From an uncultured Verrucomicrobiae bacterium (GTDB lineage: Bacteria; Verrucomicrobiota; Verrucomicrobiia; Limisphaerales; Palsa-1400), in the NCBI GenBank assembly GCA_963702845.1, contig OY969763.1, positions 1 through 64,000 of the forward strand: 64,000 bases of DNA, read 5' to 3'. Position numbers and translations under genes: made by a program. Shown here piece by piece: positions 55,128-64,000 of this stretch; within the stretch, counting starts at the first letter, position 1; the number at the start of each line of letters is the position of its first letter. The notes beneath the pieces were generated by a model. The model was not told the DNA's origin. It was given only the letters and a program-made list of their open reading frames with translations, and ran no database searches.

Positions 55128-56663
55128 TTAACGGTAAGTTTGCTTAAATTCAGCAACAGCCGCCTTTAATTCCGCAGTCAGGGCGTCATCCAAAGCTTTC
55201 TTCTTACGAATGCCGTCCATCAATTGCGGTTTGCGGCTCGTCAGGAAGTCGGTCATTTTCGCCTGGAAATCTTTGATCTTTTCAACGGGCACATCGTCCA
55301 TGAACGCATTTTGGACGGTCCAGAGAACGGCGACCTGCACTTCAACAGGCATCGGGTTGTATTGCGGTTGCTTGAACACTTCAACGATGCGTTTGCCGAG
55401 CTCGAGTTGCTTCTGGGTCTTGGCATCGAGGTCGGAACCGAATTGCGCGAACGCAGCCAATTCACGGAACTGCGCCAGGTCGAGTTTGATACGACCGGCA
55501 ACTTGTTTCATCGCCTTGATTTGCGCGGCCGAACCTACGCGCGAGACCGAGAGACCGACGGATACCGCAGGACGAACGCCCTGATAGAACAAGTCGGTTT
55601 CGAGATAGATTTGGCCGTCAGTAATTGAAATAACGTTCGTCGGAATGTAAGCCGAGACGTCGCCAGCTTGCGTTTCGATAATCGGCAGAGCCGTCAAGGA
55701 ACCGCCTCCGTATTGTTGGCTGACACGAGCGGAACGTTCGAGCAAGCGGCTGTGGAGATAGAACACGTCACCTGGATACGCTTCGCGACCGGATGGGCGC
55801 TTCAAGACGAGCGAGACCTGACGATAAGCGACGGCGTGCTTGGACAAATCATCATAAATGATCAACGCGTCCATATTGTTATCCATAAACCATTCCCCCA
55901 TCGCTGCACCGGAGAACGGAGAGAGGTATTGGTTCGTGGCGGAATCAGAAGCGCTGGCGCTGACGATAATCGTGTAGGGCATTGCGCCGGCTTCTTCCAA
56001 AACGGCAATGACGCGCGCGACGTTTGATTGCTTCTGGCCGATGGCGACATAGATGCAATACAGCGGACGATAATCTTTATCGCCTGCCGCTTCAGCGGCT
56101 TTGTTCTGACGCGCCTGGCTGATGATCGTATCAACACCAATTGTGGTCTTGCCGGTGGAACGGTCGCCAATGATCAGTTCGCGTTGGCCACGACCAATCG
56201 GAATCATGGCGTCGACAGCCATAATACCGGTCTGCACCGGTTGGCTGACGGATTTGCGCTTGATGATGCCAGGGGCAATTTTTTCGACGGGATATTGCGT
56301 TTCCGCTTTGATCGGACCTTTTCCGTCGAGCGGTTGGCCGATAGCGTTGACGACGCGGCCGAGCAAACCTTTGCCGACCGGCACCTGCAAGAGTTTGCCG
56401 GTGGTGCGGACTTCGTCGCCTTCTTTAATGTGGGTGTAGTCACCCAGAATGATCGCGCCGACCTCGGATTCTTCGAGGTTAAGCGCCAAGCCGACGACTC
56501 CGTTGCCGAAGTCCAACATTTCGTTGAGCATGGCGTCGCTCAGGCCTTCGATCTTGGCCACACCGTCGCCGATTTCGCGCACGGTGCCGACGTTTTGTTT
56601 TTGTACGCCGGTTTTGAGGCCGGAAATCTTCGATTCGATTTCTTGAAGTAACGTTGTGCTCAT
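55128..56663 (-). CDS. atpA: ATP synthase F1 alpha subunit
   Basis: [49 protein letters not shown]. Confidence 0.98.
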   Translation of the reverse strand: MSTTLLQEIESKISGLKTGVQKQNVGTVREIGDGVAKIEGLSDAMLNEMLDFGNGVVGLALNLEESEVGAIILGDYTHIKEGDEVRTTGKLLQVPVGKGLLGRVVNAIGQPLDGKGPIKAETQYPVEKIAPGIIKRKSVSQPVQTGIMAVDAMIPIGRGQRELIIGDRSTGKTTIGVDTIISQARQNKAAEAAGDKDYRPLYCIYVAIGQKQSNVARVIAVLEEAGAMPYTIIVSASASDSATNQYLSPFSGAAMGEWFMDNNMDALIIYDDLSKHAVAYRQVSLVLKRPSGREAYPGDVFYLHSRLLERSARVSQQYGGGSLTALPIIETQAGDVSAYIPTNVISITDGQIYLETDLFYQGVRPAVSVGLSVSRVGSAAQIKAMKQVAGRIKLDLAQFRELAAFAQFGSDLDAKTQKQLELGKRIVEVFKQPQYNPMPVEVQVAVLWTVQNAFMDDVPVEKIKDFQAKMTDFLTSRKPQLMDGIRKKKALDDALTAELKAAVAEFKQTYR

Positions 56664-56681
56664 AGGAACTAAAATTCTAAA

Positions 56682-57074
56682 TTAAAAACTTTCTTTTAAT
56701 GCTTCGAGACGGCCATGAACGCTGCCGTCATACACGTCGCCCCCGACTTGAATGCGCAAGCCACCGAGTAACGCAGGGTTTTGTTTGAAGGTGAAATTCA
56801 AGCCATCGCCATACACTTTTTTGAGGTCAGCTTGAACTTTTGCCTGGTAGTCAGCGGGAAGGGGGGCAGCGCTTTCAATGGTCGCGTTGCGACGTGCGTC
56901 GTCCAGCTTTACCAGCTTTTGAAATTGCGAAAGGATGCCCATGTAACCGCGCGGCTTACGTTCGGCGACAAGGTTCACGACCTGACGGGCGCGGTTCTCG
57001 TCGAACTTGCCATCAACGACGCACTCGCGGAAGGCGCGGCGCGCTTCAAGTCTGGCTTGTTTGCTGATCTTCAT
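56682..57074 (-). CDS. atpH: ATP synthase delta subunit (short form)
   Basis: NPALLGGLRIQVGGDVYDGSV; position between atpF and atpA. Confidence 0.9.
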   Translation of the reverse strand: MKISKQARLEARRAFRECVVDGKFDENRARQVVNLVAERKPRGYMGILSQFQKLVKLDDARRNATIESAAPLPADYQAKVQADLKKVYGDGLNFTFKQNPALLGGLRIQVGGDVYDGSVHGRLEALKESF

Positions 57075-57081
57075 GTCTCAA

Positions 57082-57633
57082 TCAGGCAGCGATTTGGCGA
57101 CGGGTTTCTTCGGCCAAACGATTTTGGTCGTCGGCGGTCAAGACTTTGCCGGTCACTGAAGTGGTCGTCTTCACGACGAGTCCGAGGACTTCGCGTTTCA
57201 AATCGGCCAACATGCGGGCGCGCTCGAGAACGGCGGCTTCCTGGGCTTTGGCGATGATCTGTTCGGCTTGGGCAATCGCTTTTTGCGATTCCTGCTCCTG
57301 CACGCGAGCGGCGGCCGCACGGGCTTCTTCAATCATCTTGGTCGCCTGCGCGTTGGTTTGGTTCAAAATGTTTTGGCGCTCTTGCTCGGTGCGAGCGACA
57401 TCGGCTTTGATCTTGTCGGCGTTGGCAAGGCCTTCCTCGATGCGTTTGCGGCGTTCTTCGAGAATGCCGAGCACCGGCTTATAAGCAAAGCGATGCAGCA
57501 AGAATGCGACGATGCAGAAGCTGATCACTTGCGCGATGAAGTTCTCCTTCGTCCAACCGAAGGTACGCGCCGTTTCATTCGCCGAATTGGCAAGTTCCGT
57601 CCCGACGTTCGCCAGAATATAAATATGATTCAT
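57082..57633 (-). CDS. atpF: ATP synthase F0 b subunit
   Basis: QVISFCIVAFLLHRFAYKPVLGILEERR plus coiled coil. Confidence 0.93.
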   Translation of the reverse strand: MNHIYILANVGTELANSANETARTFGWTKENFIAQVISFCIVAFLLHRFAYKPVLGILEERRKRIEEGLANADKIKADVARTEQERQNILNQTNAQATKMIEEARAAAARVQEQESQKAIAQAEQIIAKAQEAAVLERARMLADLKREVLGLVVKTTTSVTGKVLTADDQNRLAEETRRQIAA

Positions 57634-57652
57634 ATCAACTACAAAATTCTTT

Positions 57653-57676
57653 GCGCGGAGCCCGAAGGCTCCGCGC
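57653..57676 (-). promoter_or_regulatory. C(UUCG)G hairpin between atpE and atpF
   Basis: Minus strand GCGCGGAGCC-TTCG-GGCTCCGCGC, no U tract directly after. Confidence 0.75.
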
Positions 57677-57683
57677 TAATTAC

Positions 57684-57872
57684 TTAGTGCGCCAAGTAGA
57701 TGGCGAAGAACACGATACCTTCAGCGAAGGCAGTGCTCAGGATTGCTTGGACGAGAATCTTCGTCGCAGCGCCGGGATTACGCCCGACGGCTTCCGAAGC
57801 CTTCATACCAATCAAACCTACACCGATGGCCGCGCCGAGCGCTGCCAGACCGACATGGATACTTCCAGTCAT
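57684..57872 (-). CDS. atpE: ATP synthase F0 c subunit (62 aa; alternative start 57890)
   Basis: GxxxxGxxxGxGxxG helix, GRNP loop, conserved Glu in FAEG; AAAGGA SD before the ATG at 57872. Confidence 0.95.
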   Translation of the reverse strand: MTGSIHVGLAALGAAIGVGLIGMKASEAVGRNPGAATKILVQAILSTAFAEGIVFFAIYLAH

Positions 57873-57890
57873 GTTTTTATTTCCTTTCAT

Positions 57891-57932
57891 TCTCAGCCGC
57901 TCCCGCGATTGAACACGGTCAAACAGCCGAAA
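57891..57932 (-). promoter_or_regulatory. G-U-rich RNA hairpin between atpB and atpE
   Basis: Minus strand TTTCGGCTGTTT-GA-CCGTG-TTCAAT-CGCGG-GAGCGGCTGAGA. Confidence 0.6.
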
Positions 57933-57942
57933 TCGTAAATTA

Positions 57943-58962
57943 TTAATGCTCGTGCGCCGGATGCTCGCCTTCTTCGTGCGTGCAGATGAGCAGCGTAAAC
58001 ACCGCTGTCAGCAACATGAACACGAGGGCTTGAACAAAACCAACCAACACTTCGAGAAAATAGAACGGAATGGGAATAAGCCACGCGAGGCTCGGCACAA
58101 CGTGCTGCATCGCTTCCAACATCGATTCACCGGCAAAAGCGTTACCGTAAAGACGGAAGCTGAGTGAGACAGGACGGAACAGGATCGAGACAACTTCAAG
58201 GATGCCGACGATGAAAAACACGATGATCATCAAAAACTTCAGAAAACCGCTCGTGTCACCTTTCGGTCCGAATAAGTGCAGGATGAAACCGCCGAAGCCA
58301 TTGGCCTGGAACGCCCAAATAATCCAGCAGGCGAAAAACACCATCGCCATCGCGGTAGTCATATTCAGGTCAGCGTTCGCGCCGCGGAACCATGGCAGGA
58401 ATTCATGATGGCCGTCAGCGAACGTTGCATTCCATCCCAAAGTGCCAACGCCGGGAATCAGGCCGACCCAGTTACCGAACAAAATGAAAATGAAAATCGT
58501 GGCAAAGAACCAAAACGTCTTCTTCACGAGGTCATGCCCAATGATATCTTCGAGAAATTTATAAAGACTCTCGACCAACCACTCCCAGAAATTTTGCAGG
58601 CCGGCGGGAATCATCTGCGGACGCTTCATGGCGATGCGCGCGAAAATGATCAGGAACAACGCAACGATCCACGTGACAACCATGGAGTTCGTGATCGGGA
58701 AAGGGCCAATTTTACGAAGAACAATTGGATGCAGCGGAAGAGCTTCTTCTTTTGTCTCAACCCCGTGCTTGCCCTTTTGCTCAGTGATCGTCGTGCCTTC
58801 CTTTTCTCCGGCATGCGCCTTTTCTTCCGCTTGGATGGCCGAAGGCTCGGACTGGATCTGCGCGAAAATGGGATGGACCGCCGCGGTATTGATAACAGGC
58901 ACCGCGGCGAAATTCGCGAGCGGCAAAAGCAACAGCGCTATAACTAAAATCAGCGTTCTCAT
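57943..58962 (-). CDS. atpB: ATP synthase F0 a subunit with N-terminal extension
   Basis: ITNSM, LQNFWE, NWVGLIPG, ANADLN, RPVSLSFRLYGN, LEVLVGFVQALVF. Confidence 0.95.
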   Translation of the reverse strand: MRTLILVIALLLLPLANFAAVPVINTAAVHPIFAQIQSEPSAIQAEEKAHAGEKEGTTITEQKGKHGVETKEEALPLHPIVLRKIGPFPITNSMVVTWIVALFLIIFARIAMKRPQMIPAGLQNFWEWLVESLYKFLEDIIGHDLVKKTFWFFATIFIFILFGNWVGLIPGVGTLGWNATFADGHHEFLPWFRGANADLNMTTAMAMVFFACWIIWAFQANGFGGFILHLFGPKGDTSGFLKFLMIIVFFIVGILEVVSILFRPVSLSFRLYGNAFAGESMLEAMQHVVPSLAWLIPIPFYFLEVLVGFVQALVFMLLTAVFTLLICTHEEGEHPAHEH

Positions 58963-59047
58963 TGAACGAAAAATGGCAACCTCAGCGCAGTGTAACGACA
59001 GAACCCGTCCGTCCCAACACTGGCGAAGGAGCGCAGAACCTGCATCA

Positions 59048-59065
59048 TTGTGAAAGTTTTCACAA
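59048..59065. promoter_or_regulatory. Rex/CRP-type palindromic site upstream of the atp operon
   Basis: TTGTGAA-AGTT-TTCACAA; candidate promoter TTGGGA-17-TACACT at 59017-58989 (minus). Confidence 0.65.
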
Positions 59066-59178
59066 GGCTTTTTTTGACCCATTTTCGTGCAATGGATTGC
59101 CCACCTCTGCCTTAGTTACGGATATGACGAAAAAGCGGGGAGGATGGCAAGAATAGGGCAAGTTAACCCGGTCAGTTT

Positions 59179-60309
59179 TTAAGCGGCCAGTAGGCAGTGC
59201 CTGTTCAATCGGCGGGCGGCGTGGAGCGCTTGCAGCATCGGTTCACAGACTGTTCGGTGAAGTTCCTCCCCGTGCTGCACCAATTCCCACAGGCCTAGTT
59301 GTGTCCAGCGATTGCGATCATGCCATTCGGGCATTCCGAGAATTGGATACAGGCACACCCCTCGCAATGGCACGCCTTCCGCCAGAAGTCGCTCAGATTC
59401 TTCGGCCACTTCTTCCATCCACACAGCCCGGTTGTTATCAACATGCGCCGTTTCTGTGATTAGCAGCTCCGCGCCGTAACGTTTCCACACCGCCGCAATC
59501 AACGCCCGCAATGGAACCCGCCGCGGATCATCATCCGCTAACGGGTGTTCATCGCACCCAAGTTCCCATTGGTTCGTCCAATAATAATTCATCCCGACGA
59601 TATCCAGGTGCTCGGGGCTACCTCCTAATTCCGGCAAAACTCGTCCCGCCAGCATGTCCATCGACTCGAAGACCACGACGTTGTTGTAGTAATCGACTGC
59701 CTGTTGCATGTCGGGCCGGTCTTTCTGAGCGACCACATGGCACAATGGATCTACATTGACGATCCGCGCGTCAGGCACCGCAGCGCGAATTGCGTTAATG
59801 CCCGCGATTCCAGCCCGCGCGAGCGCCACTTTCAAATCGTGACCGCGCCCAGTGCAATGCGGCGCGAATCTTCCGACGTCGCCTGCAGCCCATGAAAAGA
59901 ACGACGGCTCGTTCACTGGCGTGAAGTAGCACCGGCCGTGATGGTGTTTTGAAATATAGAGAGCCGCAGCATGGCAATAATCTGCAAACCTCTTCGGAAA
60001 TTCGTCAGAAAATAAGTCGACGTCCTGCGGATAGCCGTAGTGGAACAAATCCCATATGACGTCGATTCGATATTTGTTACTCGCTTTAACGAACGGCCGA
60101 ACCGAGGAGAAATCATATTTCCCGGCACGATCCACCAAGGGCCAGCGCACCGCTTCGCGCGTCGCGTAGATTCCGATGTCGTGTAGCCGCCGATAATCTT
60201 CATCAGCGTGCCTGTCATGGTGCGTCGCGGCGATTTGGTCAATCCACTCGCCTTGCAGGTTGTAACCTGTCGCGCATTCGAATCCTGCGAAGAAAAAACT
60301 TCGGAACAT
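59179..60309 (-). CDS. GH1-like (clan GH-A) glycoside hydrolase
   Basis: FFAGFEC, WDLFHYG, TPVNEP, GMNYY, ITET. Confidence 0.82.
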   Translation of the reverse strand: MFRSFFFAGFECATGYNLQGEWIDQIAATHHDRHADEDYRRLHDIGIYATREAVRWPLVDRAGKYDFSSVRPFVKASNKYRIDVIWDLFHYGYPQDVDLFSDEFPKRFADYCHAAALYISKHHHGRCYFTPVNEPSFFSWAAGDVGRFAPHCTGRGHDLKVALARAGIAGINAIRAAVPDARIVNVDPLCHVVAQKDRPDMQQAVDYYNNVVVFESMDMLAGRVLPELGGSPEHLDIVGMNYYWTNQWELGCDEHPLADDDPRRVPLRALIAAVWKRYGAELLITETAHVDNNRAVWMEEVAEESERLLAEGVPLRGVCLYPILGMPEWHDRNRWTQLGLWELVQHGEELHRTVCEPMLQALHAARRLNRHCLLAA

Positions 60310-60311
60310 GA

Positions 60312-61592
60312 TTATCTCCCTGCGATTGTTAATGTTTCTAACTGTCCTATTGCTTTGCCGCGCGCGGCCACAAGGTCCTGAAAATCCTTTACCAGGCCGG
60401 TCGGCACGCGATTAAGGTGGGCGTCAAGGTCCCACAGGCCCATTTGCTTCAGATAAAAAGCCGGTGGATGGGTGCCTTGGCGGTAAGCCCACGTGACCAA
60501 TGCAAACATTGGCCACCACGTGTAGCCCACCAGCGGGACTCCCTCTTCACGCAATCTTTTTACTTCCGCCACTGAATTGTCCAACCATTGCTTCCTTCGT
60601 TTATACGACCCTTCGGACGCCGTCTCCGAAATGAAAATCGGCACCTGATAGCGCTCGTGATAGAGTTTGCCGAGCCGATACACGACGTCATTCGGCGAAT
60701 ATGGCATGCGGGTGCGCAGACCAGAACCGGAATTCGACATCACCTTTCGGGAGAACATCGGATACAGGTTGATCCCGATCACGGATAGGTCGATGTGGTT
60801 CTCCAAAAACCAGTTTAGTTGCGGTTTACTGGCTCCGTTTTTCAACAGCCATTGCCAAAGCGAATGCTCTTCGTTTACCCGTCCGCTCACCAAATCCAGC
60901 GCCAGAAAAACAATGTCCTGGCGCCGATTCACTTCCTCCTGCAATGCCGGTTCCGGCGATTCATACAAGTCAGTCGCATCCACATGCATGGGCAAAATGT
61001 CCGGATCAACCTCCTTCAACGCTTGGGTCGATTCGACAATTCCGCGTGCGACACCCATCATGACCGCGACAAACCCGCTCCAACCACGTTTGAACGGCGG
61101 CCACCACCCGAGCTTGCCCGAATACCAACAAGTAATGCGCGGCTCGTTCAATGGTGTGTAGGCGTGAATGCGACCTTTGAATCGTTCCGCGATCCGCGCC
61201 GAGTATTCGGCCATCAGCTTGGGGAAGTCCGGGTTCAAAAACGCATTCTCCATCCACAAAGGCAACCCGTAGTGAACCAGATCGACAATTGGCTCGATTC
61301 CAAGTTCCAGCAGGTGATTGAGCGTGTCATCCGCGAAAGAAAAATCCCATTGTCCGCGCGTGGGCTGGATCCGATGCCAAGGGATGCCGTACCTGGCGGC
61401 CTTTACGCCAAGCGTCGCCATATAATCCAGATCATCGCGCCATTTCTCGTAATGCCCGGTGAGTTCATATTCATCGAGCGTGCGGCCGGTCTTTGGCCAA
61501 GGTGCCGTGATGAAAGTATCCTCAATGCCGGTAAGCCATAAAAACTCCTCCGGCGAACTCAGCGCGTCGACCTCCGATTGTTTCAGAGCCAT
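60312..61592 (-). CDS. GH1 family glycoside hydrolase
   Basis: TGIED, HYEKWRDDL, RYGIPW, DLVHYG, TPLNEP, GINLY, ISET, GYTWW. Confidence 0.85.
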   Translation of the reverse strand: MALKQSEVDALSSPEEFLWLTGIEDTFITAPWPKTGRTLDEYELTGHYEKWRDDLDYMATLGVKAARYGIPWHRIQPTRGQWDFSFADDTLNHLLELGIEPIVDLVHYGLPLWMENAFLNPDFPKLMAEYSARIAERFKGRIHAYTPLNEPRITCWYSGKLGWWPPFKRGWSGFVAVMMGVARGIVESTQALKEVDPDILPMHVDATDLYESPEPALQEEVNRRQDIVFLALDLVSGRVNEEHSLWQWLLKNGASKPQLNWFLENHIDLSVIGINLYPMFSRKVMSNSGSGLRTRMPYSPNDVVYRLGKLYHERYQVPIFISETASEGSYKRRKQWLDNSVAEVKRLREEGVPLVGYTWWPMFALVTWAYRQGTHPPAFYLKQMGLWDLDAHLNRVPTGLVKDFQDLVAARGKAIGQLETLTIAGR

Positions 61593-61966
61593 GCCAAACT
61601 TTAACTTATCGTACGAGATGACGGTGTACTGATTGTCAGTTGGGCGTTTCTACGATATTACCGGACGAGTCTCCCTGACGAATCATAGTCCCACCGGTCA
61701 GAGCGCCCCGGTCAATGCGCGTCTTAAACGAAGGCGTCTTGGTATCCGCAAAACTCGCCAGCCTGTCGACCGCCTGTCAATTGTAGCATGACAGCCAATA
61801 CCGTCTTTTGCCCGATTGTTGTTATCACTGGAATCGTGCAACATCGGCTCGTAACCCACCTTGTCAGTCCAGGCTCGAACTGTTTCGCACCTGTCGACGC
61901 GCGCTGTTGTAGGCGCGAAGTTCGTATTCAGTAAAAACATTCGCCGGCGATAAACCGGCGTGGCCA

Positions 61967-64000
61967 GTGAGTCCAAAGCCCAGTATGAAAATGCGATGCC
62001 CCCGCACGGCTGTTAAAGTCGTTTCCGCTCTTGGTCTAATATTGATCGCCACCAACACACCCGGGTTGGGCGGCCAAAGTGTCACCGCCCAGATCGATGC
62101 CATCACAGGACAGTCGGCGCTGGCGGGAAATACGTGGTCGATATTCGTTGAAAATGCGGCGGGGAATGTGACGTATTATCAGCAGACCCCGACGTTAACC
62201 CAGGCGCCGGCGTCGAATCTGAAAAACATTACGTCCGGGGGCGCTTTCGCATTGCTCGGCACGACGAACTTCTTCGTCTCGCAAGTTTTCCGTAATGGAA
62301 CATTCAGCGGCGGCGTAGTCACCGGTGATATCAATTTGCTGGTGAAGCATGACATCACTTGGAACGACGATGTTTTTGGGACCGGCAACGCGCGCATGCC
62401 GTTGGACTACATAACGACACAATTAAAGAACCAGGGTATCACGAAGATTTCCGGCAATGTGCAGATTTATGGCGCGTGCATGTACAACCATGCGGCAACG
62501 GCTGACACGCGCGATATTGCCAACCAGGCGAGTTACAATCTGGAAGGCGCAACAGCATTTAAGGCGGCGCTCCAGGCCCAAGGCATTACGGTGACCGGGA
62601 GCGCGCTTGGAAAGAGCGGATTCAGTGCGCCAGGCACTTTGATTTATACCTATCGCTCAACGAATCTGACCTACCGAAGCTCGCCGCTACGGTTGGACAT
62701 CGCGTGTATTCGCCATGGGCAAAGTCAGTCACAACGTCATGGCGGACTTGTTGTTGCGTCACATCTCCTATGAATTGTCCGGCGATCGACAATTTCACCG
62801 TCTGGCGCAATAAGGTTATCGGCTGGATCCATGACAACGTCGGATTGCCACCAATGACATGGTCATCTGGATGGCTCGGGCCTGTCCCATAGCGATCGCG
62901 TCAGCGCGAAAGAGGAAAATGCGGTCATCGTTATATGGTCGCCCATTTTCCGACATGGGATGACATCCTGCCGATTGGATGGTTCGACGGAACTTTGGGC
63001 GATCGATTCTGCGGCACCGACGGGCCAGGTCATGTTCATGCAAAACCGGGTTCACTCAGTATCACAATCTACCTGAGTGGATACGTCGATAATCCGCACA
63101 ACGGGCAGAGGTATTTCTTTTCCTTCCTCGTCAATAATTCCGCGGGCATCGATCAGACAACGACGCGGCAGGCGATCGATGATGCTGTGAATGTTGTTGC
63201 CGGGGTTATTCCGACAACGGTGGATAGTTATGCGGGTAACGATGGCGACCGGACGATGAATGTGTTTTTACCGGATGCGGTGAATTTAATGGAGGAGTTG
63301 TCGCAGAGTGGCCCGAATGGATCGTTTCGGTACATGGTCGACGCTTGGCGGGCCGGTGGATAATGGCGGGGCACCCGTTGTCGGTTACAACGCCGATCAG
63401 CGACTGCAAGTGTTCGTGCGCGGGTCGGATAACAATGTATGGACCGCTGCGGAAACGGCCGTGAATGGCAGTTTTGGCGGTTGGTCGAGCCTGGGCGGCA
63501 ACGTGCGCGGGGGTGTGACGATTGGTTATTTGACGAGTGGTGCTATTGAGGTTTTCGCTCGTAGTTCCAGCAACACGGTCATTACCGCTTCCCAGAGCGG
63601 CCCAAACGGAACATTCGGTGCGTGGAGCGATTTGGGCGGGCAATGTTATGACGACCCGGTGCTCTCTGCGAACGCCGACGGGCGCTTCCAATTGTTTACG
63701 CGCAGTTCGACCGATACGGTGCAGTCAAATTTTAAAACGACATCCGGCACTTGGTTTGGGTGGTCTGATTACGGCGGTTCTTGTGTCGGCCAACCGCAAG
63801 TGGCGCAGTTGCCGGATGGATCAATCGAAGTTTTTACGCGTAGTTCCGCAAATACGATCAAGACGATCGCGCAAAATGGGCCGAACAGCGGTTTCGGTTC
63901 GTGGAGTGATTTGGGCGGGACCGCTGCGGCTGATCCGGTGGTCACTTATAACGCGGACGGGCGCATGCAGATTTTTGCACAGACGACAAGCCATACGGTC
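61967..64000 (+). CDS. Peptidase S13 (PBP4/DacB-like) apparently fused to PLL-like lectin propeller repeats; frameshifted, runs off window; start uncertain
   Basis: PASNLK (SxxK), KVSHN (SxN), DGSGLS, GTL..RF, HAKPGSL, LSGYV; then about 47-aa repeats NADxRxQxFxR...W..LGG from about 63230 to the end. Confidence 0.75.

Noticed and set aside
61593..61966. Riboswitch in the divergent intergenic region
   Set aside because: Only short scattered palindromes; no recognisable aptamer motif
63040..63056. KPG instead of the KTG motif in the S13 peptidase
   Set aside because: GCAAAACCGGGT differs from GCAAAAACCGGT (A-K-T-G) only by compensating homopolymer lengths, so it cannot be called inactive

Overview
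A 64 kb chromosomal segment of a moderately GC-rich bacterium. The gene content (DUF1549/DUF1553 plus DUF1501 pair, tandem sulfatases, pilB-pilT-pilB-pilC, Ig-rich secreted proteins) suggests Verrucomicrobiota, Pedosphaera-like; this is inference. Contents in order: two CNNM/CBS genes; a glycan operon led by uridine kinase; a type IV pilus motor cluster; a DUF1553/DUF1501/four-sulfatase locus; an outer-membrane beta-barrel; manC-trpA; moaA; glgA; serS; secreted putative glycan enzymes; an S1/P1 nuclease; ligA; a class V aminotransferase; an orphan PilC/GspF; ftsH; three modular GH25 muramidases; atpBEFHAG without atpDC; two GH1-like genes; and a PBP4-type peptidase apparently fused to PLL-like lectin repeats. 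Several genes, including essential serS and ligA, carry frameshifts that are most likely sequencing or assembly errors. No rRNA, tRNA, CRISPR array or transposase was recognised. Most notable: (1) a candidate secreted bacteriolytic toolkit with a shared C-terminal domain; (2) a repeated -10 box/6 nt/start codon geometry indicating leaderless mRNAs; (3) a sigma54 promoter followed directly by a roughly 107 nt hairpin; (4) atpE bracketed by two RNA hairpins, with a perfect Rex/CRP-type palindrome upstream of the atp operon; (5) an operator-like palindrome and 10-bp-phased repeats upstream of ligA.
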